Below are positions 9,683 through 19,019 of a stretch of 64,000 nucleotides of DNA, piece by piece (position 1 is the stretch's first letter; every line of letters begins with the position of its first letter). The notes beneath the pieces were generated by a model. The model was not told the DNA's origin. It saw only the letters and a program-made list of their open reading frames with translations, and did not search any database. Both the position numbers and the translations under genes were made by a program. The stretch is from Myxococcota bacterium (GTDB lineage Bacteria > Myxococcota_A > UBA9160 > JAFDDA01): NCBI GenBank assembly GCA_965228475.1, contig OZ245817.1, positions 1,824,001-1,888,000 on the forward strand, read 5' to 3'.

Positions 9683-10129
9683 CTAGCGCGGTTCGCAGAC
9701 GAAGATCGGGATGTCGCGGTCCGTTCGCGCCCGGTAGTCGGCGTAGGGAGCGTAGTACTGGTCGCAGACCGGCCACATCGCCGGCTTCTCCTCGGCGTTC
9801 GCCAGGCGAGCCCGCAGCGCCATCTTCTTGCCCCGGTAGTTCACCGAGATGTCCGGCTGCTTGACGAGGTTGCGGTACCAGACCGGGTTCTTCGGCGCGC
9901 CGCCCTGGGACGCCACGAGCAGGACGCCCTCCTGCCACGGCACGTACATCAGCGGAATCGTGATCGTCTTCCCGCTCTTGGCGCCCGTCATGGTGACGAA
10001 CACGACGTCGTCCTTGCCGAGCTTGTTGAAGGCGCGGCCGCCGGTCAGCTTGTGGAGGAAGACGTGGGTCTTCGTCATGGCCTTGATCGCCCAACGCGGC
10101 GGGGCCTTGCCCTTGGATTCGTCGCTCAT
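9683..10129 (-). CDS. Deazaflavin (F420)-dependent nitroreductase family protein (Ddn-like)
   Basis: TGAKSG, VASQGGAPKNPVWYRNL, YADYRARTDRDIP. Confidence 0.9.
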   Translation of the reverse strand: MSDESKGKAPPRWAIKAMTKTHVFLHKLTGGRAFNKLGKDDVVFVTMTGAKSGKTITIPLMYVPWQEGVLLVASQGGAPKNPVWYRNLVKQPDISVNYRGKKMALRARLANAEEKPAMWPVCDQYYAPYADYRARTDRDIPIFVCEPR

Positions 10130-10242
10130 CCTCGACTCCTTCTCCGCTCGACCCGGCGCCGGGCACGGGCGAACATGGCGCGCTCGGGCGAGCCTACTCC
10201 CGCCCGGGGGAGTTTGGCTAGCCGGGAGTGCGCGGAGGAGCG

Positions 10243-10767
10243 ATGTCGGTCGAGGAGCGGAAGAGGGCGTTCATCGAGACGCTCGTGGCGCAGCTGCAGG
10301 AACGGATCCAGGGGGCCCACCAGGCCGAGTCCCGGGCCTCCGAGGACGCCGAGGCGATCGGCTCCGAAGCCCGTCGCCGGGAGGATGCCAAGGAGGCCGG
10401 CCTCCAGGCGCGCCTCGCCGTCGGTCACCGCGAGCGCCGGGAGCAGGCCGTCGATGACCTCACGGCGCTGCTCGAGTTCTCGAAGCGTTCGCTGCGAGCC
10501 TTCGGCCGGCGCGACGCGGTGGGTCTCGGCGCACTGCTCGACGTGGCGGTCGAGTCGCCGGAGGGCGAGGAGGAGGAGCGCAGCCTGTTCCTCCTGCCCG
10601 TGGGTGCCGGGGCGGAGCTCTCCGGGCCGGGCGGCGACGGCTTCGTGACGGTGGCGACGCCCGCGTCGCCGATCGGCCGGGCCCTGCTCGGCGCGCGCGT
10701 GGACGACACCGTCGAGGTCGTGGTCGCGGGCCGCTCGTCCGAGTGGACCGTGCTCGACCTCTGCTAG
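10243..10767 (+). CDS. GreA/GreB family protein
   Basis: N-terminal coiled coil, C-terminal TPASPIGRALLGARVDDTV; GGAGGAG RBS. Confidence 0.75.
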   Translation: MSVEERKRAFIETLVAQLQERIQGAHQAESRASEDAEAIGSEARRREDAKEAGLQARLAVGHRERREQAVDDLTALLEFSKRSLRAFGRRDAVGLGALLDVAVESPEGEEEERSLFLLPVGAGAELSGPGGDGFVTVATPASPIGRALLGARVDDTVEVVVAGRSSEWTVLDLC

Positions 10768-10908
10768 CGCGGCTGCGGGCCGGAGTCGTCGCCCGGCATT
10801 TTGCTTCAGCTTTGCCCTCTCTCGGCCTATAGTCGTGCGGCGGGTGGATCCTCATGGCTCCCGGCGGTGCGCGGGCGCAGCGTCCGGGGTCGCCTGGCTT
10901 GGAGGCCG

Positions 10909-12411
10909 ATGCCCCGCGGTTCCCGTCGAGATCTGCGCTTCGTGGTGATCGGTGCCGGCATGGCCGGCATCGCCAGCGCGATTCGCCTGCGGGAAGCCGG
11001 CTTCGAGGACGTCACGCTCTACGAGAAGGCCGAGAAGCTCGGCGGAACCTGGCGGGAGAACACCTACCCGGGCATCGCCTGCGACGTCCCCTCCCACTTC
11101 TACAGCTACTCTTTCGCGCCGAACCCGGACTGGAGCCATCGCTTCTCGGCGGGCGGCGAGATCCAGGCGTACTTCGAGGGCGTGGCCGAGCGTTTCGGGG
11201 TGATCCCGAGCATCCGCTTCGGCATCGAGGTCACGCGCTGCGCGTTCGAATCGGGGCGTTGGCAGATCGAACTCTCGAACGGGGAGCGCGACGCGGCGGA
11301 TTTCGTGATCGCCGCGACGGGCGTCCTCCACCACCCGAAGATGCCGGACCTCCCCGGTCTCGACGCGTTCGAAGGCGCCGCGTTCCACAGCGCTCGCTGG
11401 GACCACGACACCCCGATCGAGGGGAAGCGCGTCGGCGTGGTCGGAACCGGATCGAGCGCGATCCAGATCGTCGGTGCGCTCGTCGACGAGGTGGCGGAGC
11501 TCGTGCTCTTCCAGCGGACGGCCCAGTGGATCACGCCGGTCGAGAACCCGGCCTACAGTGACGCCGACCGGGCGACCTTCCGCGAGCAGCCCGAGGTCAT
11601 GGGGAAGATCCGCGCTGAAGTCGCCCGGGGCTTCCTCGAGAACTTCGCCAACGTCCTGGTCGACGCCGAGTCCCCGATGCTCGACGTGATCCAGAACGCG
11701 TGCCTCACGAACCTCGAGAACAGCGTGCGGGACCCCGAGCTGCGCGAGCGCCTCCGCCCGGACTACCGCGCGACGTGCAAGCGGCTCGTCCTCTCGGCGG
11801 ACTTCTACGACGCGATCCAGAAACCGAACGCGCGCCTCGTCGACGAGGGCATCGAGCGGGTCGAACCGAGGGGCGTCCGGACGCGCGACGGCGTCCTCCA
11901 CGAGCTCGACGTGCTCGTCCTGGCGACGGGGTTCCAGGTGGACGCCTTCGTGCGGCCGATGCGCGTCCTCGGCCGGGGCGGCGTCGACCTCGACGAAGTC
12001 TGGGCCGACGGGCCGAGCGCCTACCTGGCCGTCTCCGTCCCCGGCTTCCCGAACTTCTTCCTGCTGAACGGCCCGAACGCGCCGGTTGGAAACTTCTCCC
12101 TGATCGAGGTCGTGGAGCTGCAGCTCGACTACATCCTCCAGGTCGCCGAGCGGGTGCGGGACGGCGTGGCCCGGGAGCTGTGCGCCTCCCGCGGCGCTCT
12201 CGAGCGCTTCGACGCCGAGCGCCGGGAGGCCGCCAAGAAGACCATCTGGGCCACGGGCTGCCGGAGCTGGTACCTCGGCCCGGACGGGCTGCCGACGGCC
12301 TGGCCCTTCACCTTCGACCGCTTCCGCGACGAGATGCGCGCCCCGCGGTTCGAGGACTTCGCCACCGAGGACGACCGGGACGACGCCCCGGGATCGGAAA
12401 GCAGGACGTGA
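10909..12411 (+). CDS. Baeyer-Villiger-type flavin monooxygenase
   Basis: GAGMAG, GGTWRENTYPG, FEGAAFHSARWD fingerprint (FxGxxxHxxxWD), GTGSSA. Confidence 0.93.
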   Translation: MPRGSRRDLRFVVIGAGMAGIASAIRLREAGFEDVTLYEKAEKLGGTWRENTYPGIACDVPSHFYSYSFAPNPDWSHRFSAGGEIQAYFEGVAERFGVIPSIRFGIEVTRCAFESGRWQIELSNGERDAADFVIAATGVLHHPKMPDLPGLDAFEGAAFHSARWDHDTPIEGKRVGVVGTGSSAIQIVGALVDEVAELVLFQRTAQWITPVENPAYSDADRATFREQPEVMGKIRAEVARGFLENFANVLVDAESPMLDVIQNACLTNLENSVRDPELRERLRPDYRATCKRLVLSADFYDAIQKPNARLVDEGIERVEPRGVRTRDGVLHELDVLVLATGFQVDAFVRPMRVLGRGGVDLDEVWADGPSAYLAVSVPGFPNFFLLNGPNAPVGNFSLIEVVELQLDYILQVAERVRDGVARELCASRGALERFDAERREAAKKTIWATGCRSWYLGPDGLPTAWPFTFDRFRDEMRAPRFEDFATEDDRDDAPGSESRT

Positions 12412-13205
12412 ACGAGGAACACTGTCGGGTCGAGCGCGAGGGCCACGTGTTGATCGTGACCCTGAATCGGCCCGAAGCGAAGAACGCCCTCTCGGGCGGG
12501 ATGCTCGCCGGGATGTACCGCGCCTGGCGCCAGCTCGACGAGGACGACGACCTGCGCGTCGCGATCCTGACCGGCCGCGGCGACGTCTTCTGCGCCGGCG
12601 CCGACCTGAAGGCGATGGGAGGCGGCGAGCGCGACGAGGCGTTCCAGGCGCTGATGGCCGAGGTGCCGGACCTGCATTGGCAGGCGCTCCTGCGACACAA
12701 CCGTCCGGGCAAACCGATCATCGCGGCGGTCGAGGGCTACGCCGTCGCGGGGGGGACGGAGATCCTGCAGGGCACGGACATTCGCGTCGCCGCCGAGGAC
12801 GCGATCTTCGGTGTGACGGAAGCCCGCCGCGGCCTCTTCCCGCTTGGCGGCTCGAGCGTTCGCCTGCGGCGCCAGATTCCCTACACGCTCGCCGCCGAGA
12901 TCCTGCTCACCGGGCGCCACGTCACCGCGAAGGAAGCGCTCGATTTCGGCCTGATCGGCCGCGTCGTGCCGAAGGGCGAGGCGCTCGCCGAGGCGAAGAA
13001 GGTCGCCGAACAGATCTGCGAGAACGGGCCGCTCGCCGTGAAGGCCCTGGTGCGGATGCTGCGCGAGGTCGACGAAAGCATCAGCGAGGCCGACGCGCTG
13101 GCCAGGGAAATCGAGATCGGCGGGCCGGTCTTCGCGTCGAAGGACGCGCGCGAGGGTCCGCGCGCCTTCGCAGAGAAGCGCAAGCCCGTGTTCCGGGGCG
13201 AGTAG
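12408..13205 (+). CDS. Enoyl-CoA hydratase (EchA19-like crotonase)
   Basis: FCAGADL, AVAGGTEILQGTDIR; GTGA overlap with the monooxygenase stop. Confidence 0.92.
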   Translation: MNEEHCRVEREGHVLIVTLNRPEAKNALSGGMLAGMYRAWRQLDEDDDLRVAILTGRGDVFCAGADLKAMGGGERDEAFQALMAEVPDLHWQALLRHNRPGKPIIAAVEGYAVAGGTEILQGTDIRVAAEDAIFGVTEARRGLFPLGGSSVRLRRQIPYTLAAEILLTGRHVTAKEALDFGLIGRVVPKGEALAEAKKVAEQICENGPLAVKALVRMLREVDESISEADALAREIEIGGPVFASKDAREGPRAFAEKRKPVFRGE

Positions 13206-13452
13206 CGGATGTCAGGGTCGGAGCGGAAGGACCTTCGCCGAGGGGCGGGAGTCCCCCCGAGGCCCGGGCGTTCGGCGGAATCCGGCGCCGCGGAGCCGCG
13301 GCGCCGTGCCGGCCCGCTCGGAGCGGGTGCGGGCCCACTGTCCGCGCGGGGCCGGGGCCTCCGCCGGGGCGGGGGACGAGCGCACGTCGGCCCAACGCGA
13401 AGAGAGGCGGGCGGCCATGGAACGAAGTGCGGACAAGGGTTCCCCTTCCTGA

Positions 13453-13468
13453 CGGCACGACGTGTGCA
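13453..13468 (+). promoter_or_regulatory. Putative sigma54 (-24/-12) promoter
   Basis: cGGCACGacgtgTGCA fits GG-N10-GC, about 240 nt upstream of the phosphatase start. Confidence 0.4.
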
Positions 13469-13704
13469 ATCAACGTTCCCGAAGGAAAAGGAAGCTCCTG
13501 GGCGCATCCCCGGGGGAATCGGCCCGGGCGTGGAAAGAGTTTGCCCTCGGGACGGAAAACCCGGTGCCATCGGCGGGTCGGCCCCGGCCCGGCGTAGGCC
13601 CGAGCCACGGCGGGCGGTGTTCGCCGCCGGATGCTAACCCCACGCCGCCGGAACCCTTGTCGCCGACGCAAATGCCGCCGGCACCCATGATTCGGAGATC
13701 CACC

Positions 13705-15417
13705 ATGCCCCGCCGCCCGCTCCACGTTCGCCAGCTCCTGGCTCCCGCCCTGTTCGCCCTGGCCTCGGCCGGCGCCGTCTGCCAGCCGGCTCCGCCCCAG
13801 CTCGACCGGGAGTTCACCTTCAACGGCGGCTTCGAAACCGGGGACCTCTCGAACTGGACCGTCACCGGCTCCTGCGAGGTGCACGACGCGACCTCGCCCT
13901 GGGCGGACCCGGCCGTCGGCAACTACTTCCTCTACGGCGGCGACGACGCCAACGCCTCGACCTGCACGGTGACCCAGGAGGTGATCCTCCCGAACAAGGG
14001 CCTCGGCTCGGACTACCTCGCGGCGAACCCGCTGCTGGTCGATGCGAGCGCCTACCTGCGCGACTTCAGCGGGCCGACCAGCTACGACGACCAGTCCTTC
14101 CTGCGCGTGCGGTACCTGAACGCCCTCGGCCAGGAAGTCTCGAGCATCCGGACCCTGATCGGCGGCAACAACTCCTGGGGGCAGGAGTTCGCAATGGGCC
14201 TGCTGCCGCCCGAGACCTACAAGCTCAGCATCGAGGTCGAGGCCCGCTTCCGGGCCGGCGCCGACAACGACGCCATGGCCGACGAGGTCAGCACGATGGT
14301 CCGCGCGGCGACGCCGGCCATCCCCACGCTGACCAAGCCGCCGCTGCTCCAGGACTTCCGTCAGGATGCGATGACCGTGCTCTGGGAGACCAACGGCAAC
14401 CTCGAGCGGCCGGCCATCGAGTGGGGTCCGGCCGGCGGAGCGCTCTCGAACGTCCTCTCGAAGGTCGAGAGCACCGAAGTCACGCCGAGCCACTACGTCC
14501 ACAAGGCGACGATCACCGGGCTCACCGCCGAGACCGAGTACGACTACCGCGTGCGCATGGGCACCCAGACCTACACGACCTATCGCTTCCGGACGGCGCC
14601 GCTCGCGACGAGCCCGTATCGCGTCGCCTGGACGTCGGACAACCAGAACGGGCCCGGCACCTTCACGAACGTGGTCGGCCTGATGGCGTCGCGAAACCCC
14701 GACCTCTACATCAGCCCCGGCGACATCGTCCAGAACGGGGACACCCTCTCGGAGTGGGGGAACTACTGGTGGACGCCGCTCTCGAACGCGGACTTCGGCC
14801 AGACGACGCCGGTCCTCTTCGCGCGCGGGAACCACGACGGCGAACACGCCTACTCCTACGCCTACAGCGCCCTGCCGGAGAACGAGTCCTTCTACTCCTT
14901 CACCTACGGCAACGCCTTCATCGTGGTGCTCGACACGGAGGCGTCGCCCGGCTCGACGAGCCCGGAGCAGGACCAGGAGGCCTACCTCCAGGCCGCCCTC
15001 GGTTCTCCGGAGGCCGCGGCCGCCGAGTTCCGGATCGTGACCTTCCACAAGCCGCCCTACACGAACCTGTGGGACGCGACGAACATCCTCTTCTGCATCT
15101 TCGGAGGGTCGGGCTACACGGGCGAGACCTCGGTGCGGACGAACTGGGTGCCGCTGTTCGAATTCTTCGACGTGGACCTGGTCGTCTCGGGCCACACCCA
15201 CTCCTACCAGCACGGAGAACAGAACGGCGTGCACTACGTGCTCGTGGGCGGGGCAGGGGGGTCCCTCGACACCTTCTGCGGTGGGGACTGGCCGCTCTTC
15301 GACTTCGAGGCGAGCTCGCACGGCTACAGCATGATGGACGTGAACGGCACGAACCTGACGTGGACGTCCTACGACGACAACGACGTCACGATCCACAGCT
15401 TCTCGATCAACCACTAG
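13705..15417 (+). CDS. Exported purple-acid-phosphatase-like metallophosphoesterase with N-terminal carbohydrate-binding-like and FN3-like domains
   Basis: Signal peptide (possible lipobox AGAVC); NGGFETGDLSNW domain start; metal motifs SDNQ, GDIV, GNHD, FHKP, GHTHSY. Confidence 0.85.
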   Translation: MPRRPLHVRQLLAPALFALASAGAVCQPAPPQLDREFTFNGGFETGDLSNWTVTGSCEVHDATSPWADPAVGNYFLYGGDDANASTCTVTQEVILPNKGLGSDYLAANPLLVDASAYLRDFSGPTSYDDQSFLRVRYLNALGQEVSSIRTLIGGNNSWGQEFAMGLLPPETYKLSIEVEARFRAGADNDAMADEVSTMVRAATPAIPTLTKPPLLQDFRQDAMTVLWETNGNLERPAIEWGPAGGALSNVLSKVESTEVTPSHYVHKATITGLTAETEYDYRVRMGTQTYTTYRFRTAPLATSPYRVAWTSDNQNGPGTFTNVVGLMASRNPDLYISPGDIVQNGDTLSEWGNYWWTPLSNADFGQTTPVLFARGNHDGEHAYSYAYSALPENESFYSFTYGNAFIVVLDTEASPGSTSPEQDQEAYLQAALGSPEAAAAEFRIVTFHKPPYTNLWDATNILFCIFGGSGYTGETSVRTNWVPLFEFFDVDLVVSGHTHSYQHGEQNGVHYVLVGGAGGSLDTFCGGDWPLFDFEASSHGYSMMDVNGTNLTWTSYDDNDVTIHSFSINH

Positions 15418-15450
15418 GCGTCGAGCGCCGCGGCCGGATTCGCTCGCGAG

Positions 15451-15735
15451 CTAGGGGCGGACGCGTCCGAAGCGCGAGAAGACCTCGAGCAGCTCCTTCA
15501 TCTTCTTCTTGCGCTCCGCCGGCCGCCCGCTCTCGACGGCGCCGGTGACGCAGGTGTCGACGTGGGATTCGAGCACGAGGTGGCCGACGCGGTCGAGGGC
15601 GGCCTCGGCCGCGGCGATCTGGTGGAGCACGTCCACGCAGTAGCGGTCTTCGTCGACCATGCGGCGGATGCCTTCGACCTGGCCTGCGATGCGCGAAAGG
15701 CGCGTCTGGACCTGCTTGCGAACCTTCGGCTTCAC
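15451..15735 (-). CDS. csoR: CsoR/RcnR family metal-sensing repressor
   Basis: RLSRIAGQVEGIRRMV..RYCVDVL..HVDTC (C-H-C fingerprint); AGGAG RBS before GTG. Confidence 0.88.
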   Translation of the reverse strand: MKPKVRKQVQTRLSRIAGQVEGIRRMVDEDRYCVDVLHQIAAAEAALDRVGHLVLESHVDTCVTGAVESGRPAERKKKMKELLEVFSRFGRVRP

Positions 15736-15946
15736 CGGACTTCTCCTGGGTTCGGGCCGCACCCGGCGGCCGACGAACCATACACGACGAAGGCCATCCC
15801 GATGCTGGGCGATGGGGCTGGCGCGGGATCGTACGCCGGACTTGCGGCGGGCGGGCCCGGGGCTCGCTATCCCCAGGCTGCGGCGGCGCGGGGGTTCTCG
15901 AACTCCGAGCTCTCGAACCGGCCGCGCAGGGAGGCTCGGGGCCGCG

Positions 15947-18214
15947 ATGGGCGAAGGATCGGTCGGGGACGGGCAGGGGGAGGCGCCGGGGGCGAAGCGG
16001 CGAGCCGCCCTCGGCTTCGTGGCCGTCCTCGTGGTCATCGTCGGGCTGGCCGGGGTGCTGCGGGGGGCCTCCTCCGTCGCCGTCGTCCAGCCGGACCGCG
16101 TCGAACTCACCGGCCCCGGCGACCCCTACTACCACCTGCGCCGCGTGGTCTACGCAGCGGTGAATTTCCCCGAGTCGCTCTCGGTGGACCCGTATCTCAA
16201 CTTTCCGACCGGCGGCGCCGTGGTCTGGCCGGCGACCTTCGATTCCGGGGTGGCCGCGGTCGCCCGCGTGCTCGCGGGGTCGGACGTCGCGGCGATCGAG
16301 CGCGTCGCGGTCTGGGCGCCGGCCGTCCTCGGAGCCATCGCGGCGGGGCTCGCCGCCGTCGTTGCGGGCGTCTACTTCGGGGGCACCGCCGGCACCGTCG
16401 CGGGCTTGCTGGTGGCCCTGCTGCCCGTCCACCTGATGAGTTCCCAGGTCGGGCAGCTCGACCACCACGTGGCGGTGAACGGGTTCACGCTCGCCCTGCT
16501 GGCCGCGGGGCTGTCCTTCGTCGGCGGCGGGGCGGCGCTCGGGCGGAGTATCGCGCTCGGCGTGGCCTTCGCCGGCGGCCTGCTGCTCTGGCCGGGGGCG
16601 CTCGTCCACGTCGGGTTGCTCCAGGGAATCCTCGGCGTGTGGGTCCTCGGTGCCGCGACGTGCGAGGAGGCCCGGCGGCGCGCGCACGGCCTGGCGATCG
16701 CCCACGTCGTGGCGGGGGTGGTGCTCGCCCCGTTCTGCCTGGGGCGGGTGTGGCCGGAGTTCGGCGCCTGGTCGCCCTTCGTACTGTCGAACGTGCAGCC
16801 GATCTGGTTCGCGAGCGGCGCCGTCGCCCTGCTCGTGGCCGCCGAGCTGTGGCGCCGCACCCCGCTTGGCGAAGGCCCCCTCTCTCGGGCCGGGTCGGCC
16901 TTCGCGCTCGTCGCCGCGGGGATCGGCGTCGCGCTCCTGGCCCAGCCGGCGCTTCGCGAAGCGCTGCTCGAGGGGGCGGGCTGGTTCGGCAAGGCCGAAG
17001 ATTTCCAGACCCACGTGGCGGAGCTGGCCCCGCTCTCGCCGCAAACGGCGCTGCTCGACTACACCCCGCTGCTCCTCGCGTTCCCGCTCGTGTGGGCCTG
17101 GCTGTGGAAGCGCGAGGAGGCGGCACCGCTTCGGGTGCTGCTCGCCTTTGCGGGCGCTTTCTTCGTGCTGGCTTGCGTCCAGCAGCGCTTCGGCAACAGC
17201 TTCTCGGTTCTCCTGGCCGTCGTCTCGGGGGTCGCGGCCCAGGCGCTCTGGCGATCGTGGCGCCGCGATGCCTCCGGCAACCGCTCGCTCGTGGCGTTCG
17301 GGCTGTTGCTCGCGCTGGCGACCACCGCGGCGCTCGGCCGGTTCCATCTCCAACGCTTCGCCGAGGTCGGCGCGGCTCGAGCGGACCCGATCCTCGCGCG
17401 GCGCGGCCCGCTCCCGGAGCGGTTCCACGCCGTCTCGCGTGCTGCGGACTGGCTCGGCGATCACTCGCCCGAAACCTCCGGGTGGCTCGATGCACGCCAG
17501 CGGCCCGAGTACGGCGTGCTCTCGGCGTGGGATGCGGGGCACCTCGTTCGCTACCGCGCCCGCCGCCCCATGCTCCAGGACAACTTCGGCGTCTACGGGG
17601 GCCGCGAGAACTACGAAGCGGCCTGGCGCTTCTACGCATCCGAGGACGAGGCCACCGGCGTCGCGCTGCTCGCCGCGCGCGACATCCGCTACGTCCTGGC
17701 CGACGAAGCGGGCGCCGGGACGCCGGTGCCCTACGCGCCGACGTCGATCGCCATGCGCATGGCCCGGGCGCTCGGGAGCGAAACCGTCCTGGCCGGCGCC
17801 GATGGCGCGCGCGTCACCGTCGAAGCGCTGCGCCACCATCGACTGGTCCACTACGCACGCTCCGGTGCCGGGCAGGAGCTGCCGGCGCGGCTTCCCGAGG
17901 CGGCCGTCGGCGTGTGGGAACGCGTGGCCGGCGCGCGCGTCGAGGGATCCGCCGCTCCGGGAGCCGCGGTCGAAGCGGTCCTCCCGCTCGAGATCGGCGG
18001 TGCCCGAACGCGTTACCGGCAGACCGCCCGCGCCGATGCCCGGGGCCGCTACACGCTGGTGCTTCCCTACGCAACCGAGGCGGCGGCCCCGGGGCGAGGG
18101 GGCGTGCGCGTGGGGCGAGCCTACGTCCTGCGGGCCGCGAGCGGCCGGGCGCGACTCGTCGTGCCGGAAGCGGCGGTCCAGGAGGGAAGGGCCTTGGAGG
18201 GTCCTACCCTCTAG
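15947..18214 (+). CDS. STT3/AglB-like oligosaccharyltransferase
   Basis: Many TM segments; GDPYYH, LNFPTG, DHH, VAE, QQRF and a WWDYG-like AWDAGH motif; soluble C-terminal domain. Confidence 0.82.
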   Translation: MGEGSVGDGQGEAPGAKRRAALGFVAVLVVIVGLAGVLRGASSVAVVQPDRVELTGPGDPYYHLRRVVYAAVNFPESLSVDPYLNFPTGGAVVWPATFDSGVAAVARVLAGSDVAAIERVAVWAPAVLGAIAAGLAAVVAGVYFGGTAGTVAGLLVALLPVHLMSSQVGQLDHHVAVNGFTLALLAAGLSFVGGGAALGRSIALGVAFAGGLLLWPGALVHVGLLQGILGVWVLGAATCEEARRRAHGLAIAHVVAGVVLAPFCLGRVWPEFGAWSPFVLSNVQPIWFASGAVALLVAAELWRRTPLGEGPLSRAGSAFALVAAGIGVALLAQPALREALLEGAGWFGKAEDFQTHVAELAPLSPQTALLDYTPLLLAFPLVWAWLWKREEAAPLRVLLAFAGAFFVLACVQQRFGNSFSVLLAVVSGVAAQALWRSWRRDASGNRSLVAFGLLLALATTAALGRFHLQRFAEVGAARADPILARRGPLPERFHAVSRAADWLGDHSPETSGWLDARQRPEYGVLSAWDAGHLVRYRARRPMLQDNFGVYGGRENYEAAWRFYASEDEATGVALLAARDIRYVLADEAGAGTPVPYAPTSIAMRMARALGSETVLAGADGARVTVEALRHHRLVHYARSGAGQELPARLPEAAVGVWERVAGARVEGSAAPGAAVEAVLPLEIGGARTRYRQTARADARGRYTLVLPYATEAAAPGRGGVRVGRAYVLRAASGRARLVVPEAAVQEGRALEGPTL

Positions 18215-18281
18215 GGGGCCTCCAGAGGGCTCGGCGGGGCCCGGGCTGCCACAACGGGCGGCGGGCAACCACTGACCGGGT

Positions 18282-19019
18282 ATGAAGAATCCCCGGTTCT
18301 CGCTGCGTTGGGCCCTGGCTTCTGCACTCCTGCTCGGGGCGGCGGCCCCGGCCTCGGCGGCGCCGATCCAGCGCCAGTTCGAGGCCGTCCTCGCCCTGCA
18401 CTCGGGCCTCGTGCCGACCGTCTTCTTCAGCGGCAGCGGCACGGCCACCGTGGACGCGGTCGACGATCACGTCTTCGGACTGACCCTGCCCGCCGGGATC
18501 TTCGCGACCCAGCAGACCGTGGGCATTCCGGGCCTCGAGGTGCGGGTCGATGCCTCGAACGGAGCGGGCCAATTCACGACGGGCAGCGGGACCTGGTTCG
18601 GCTCGATGCCGATCCTCGGGAACCTTCGGGTCTGCCTCGGTGGAACGTGCGACTCGATGCCCTTCGCCGACGTCTCCCTGCCACTGAACGTCGTCGGCGC
18701 TGGCGGAACGACGACCGCCTCGAGCGGGGCCTTCGTCGTTTCGGGAAGCCCGTGGCAGACCACCACGACGATCCTCTCCGGGACCGGGTTCATCTCGTAC
18801 TTCGGCGGCTACCAGGAAGGGCCGGCGGGGACGACTTCGAGCACCGCCCTCACCGGCGGCTTCATGCTGTTCGTGACGCCGGTGAACGTCTCGATCCCGA
18901 ACCTCGGGAGCATCGACTTCGTGGCCGAACTCGGGATCACCTTCGTGCCCGAGCCCTTCGCCCTGGCGCTGCTCGGCTCGGGCGCGTTGGGTCTGCTCTG
19001 GGTCGTGCGCCGGGGTTAG
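18282..19019 (+). CDS. PEP-CTERM surface protein
   Basis: Sec signal; Gly/Thr/Ser-rich body; VPEP + TM helix + RRG terminus. Confidence 0.88.
   Translation: MKNPRFSLRWALASALLLGAAAPASAAPIQRQFEAVLALHSGLVPTVFFSGSGTATVDAVDDHVFGLTLPAGIFATQQTVGIPGLEVRVDASNGAGQFTTGSGTWFGSMPILGNLRVCLGGTCDSMPFADVSLPLNVVGAGGTTTASSGAFVVSGSPWQTTTTILSGTGFISYFGGYQEGPAGTTSSTALTGGFMLFVTPVNVSIPNLGSIDFVAELGITFVPEPFALALLGSGALGLLWVVRRG

Noticed and set aside
6906..10166. Apparent 1086-aa aldo/keto reductase fusion
   Set aside because: Only the last 338 codons are AKR; the rest overlaps tetR, SDR and Ddn genes in other frames
18204..18219. TACCCTCTAGGGGG resembling a CsoR operator
   Set aside because: Lacks the closing GTA half-site, overlaps the OST stop codon and is 2.5 kb from csoR
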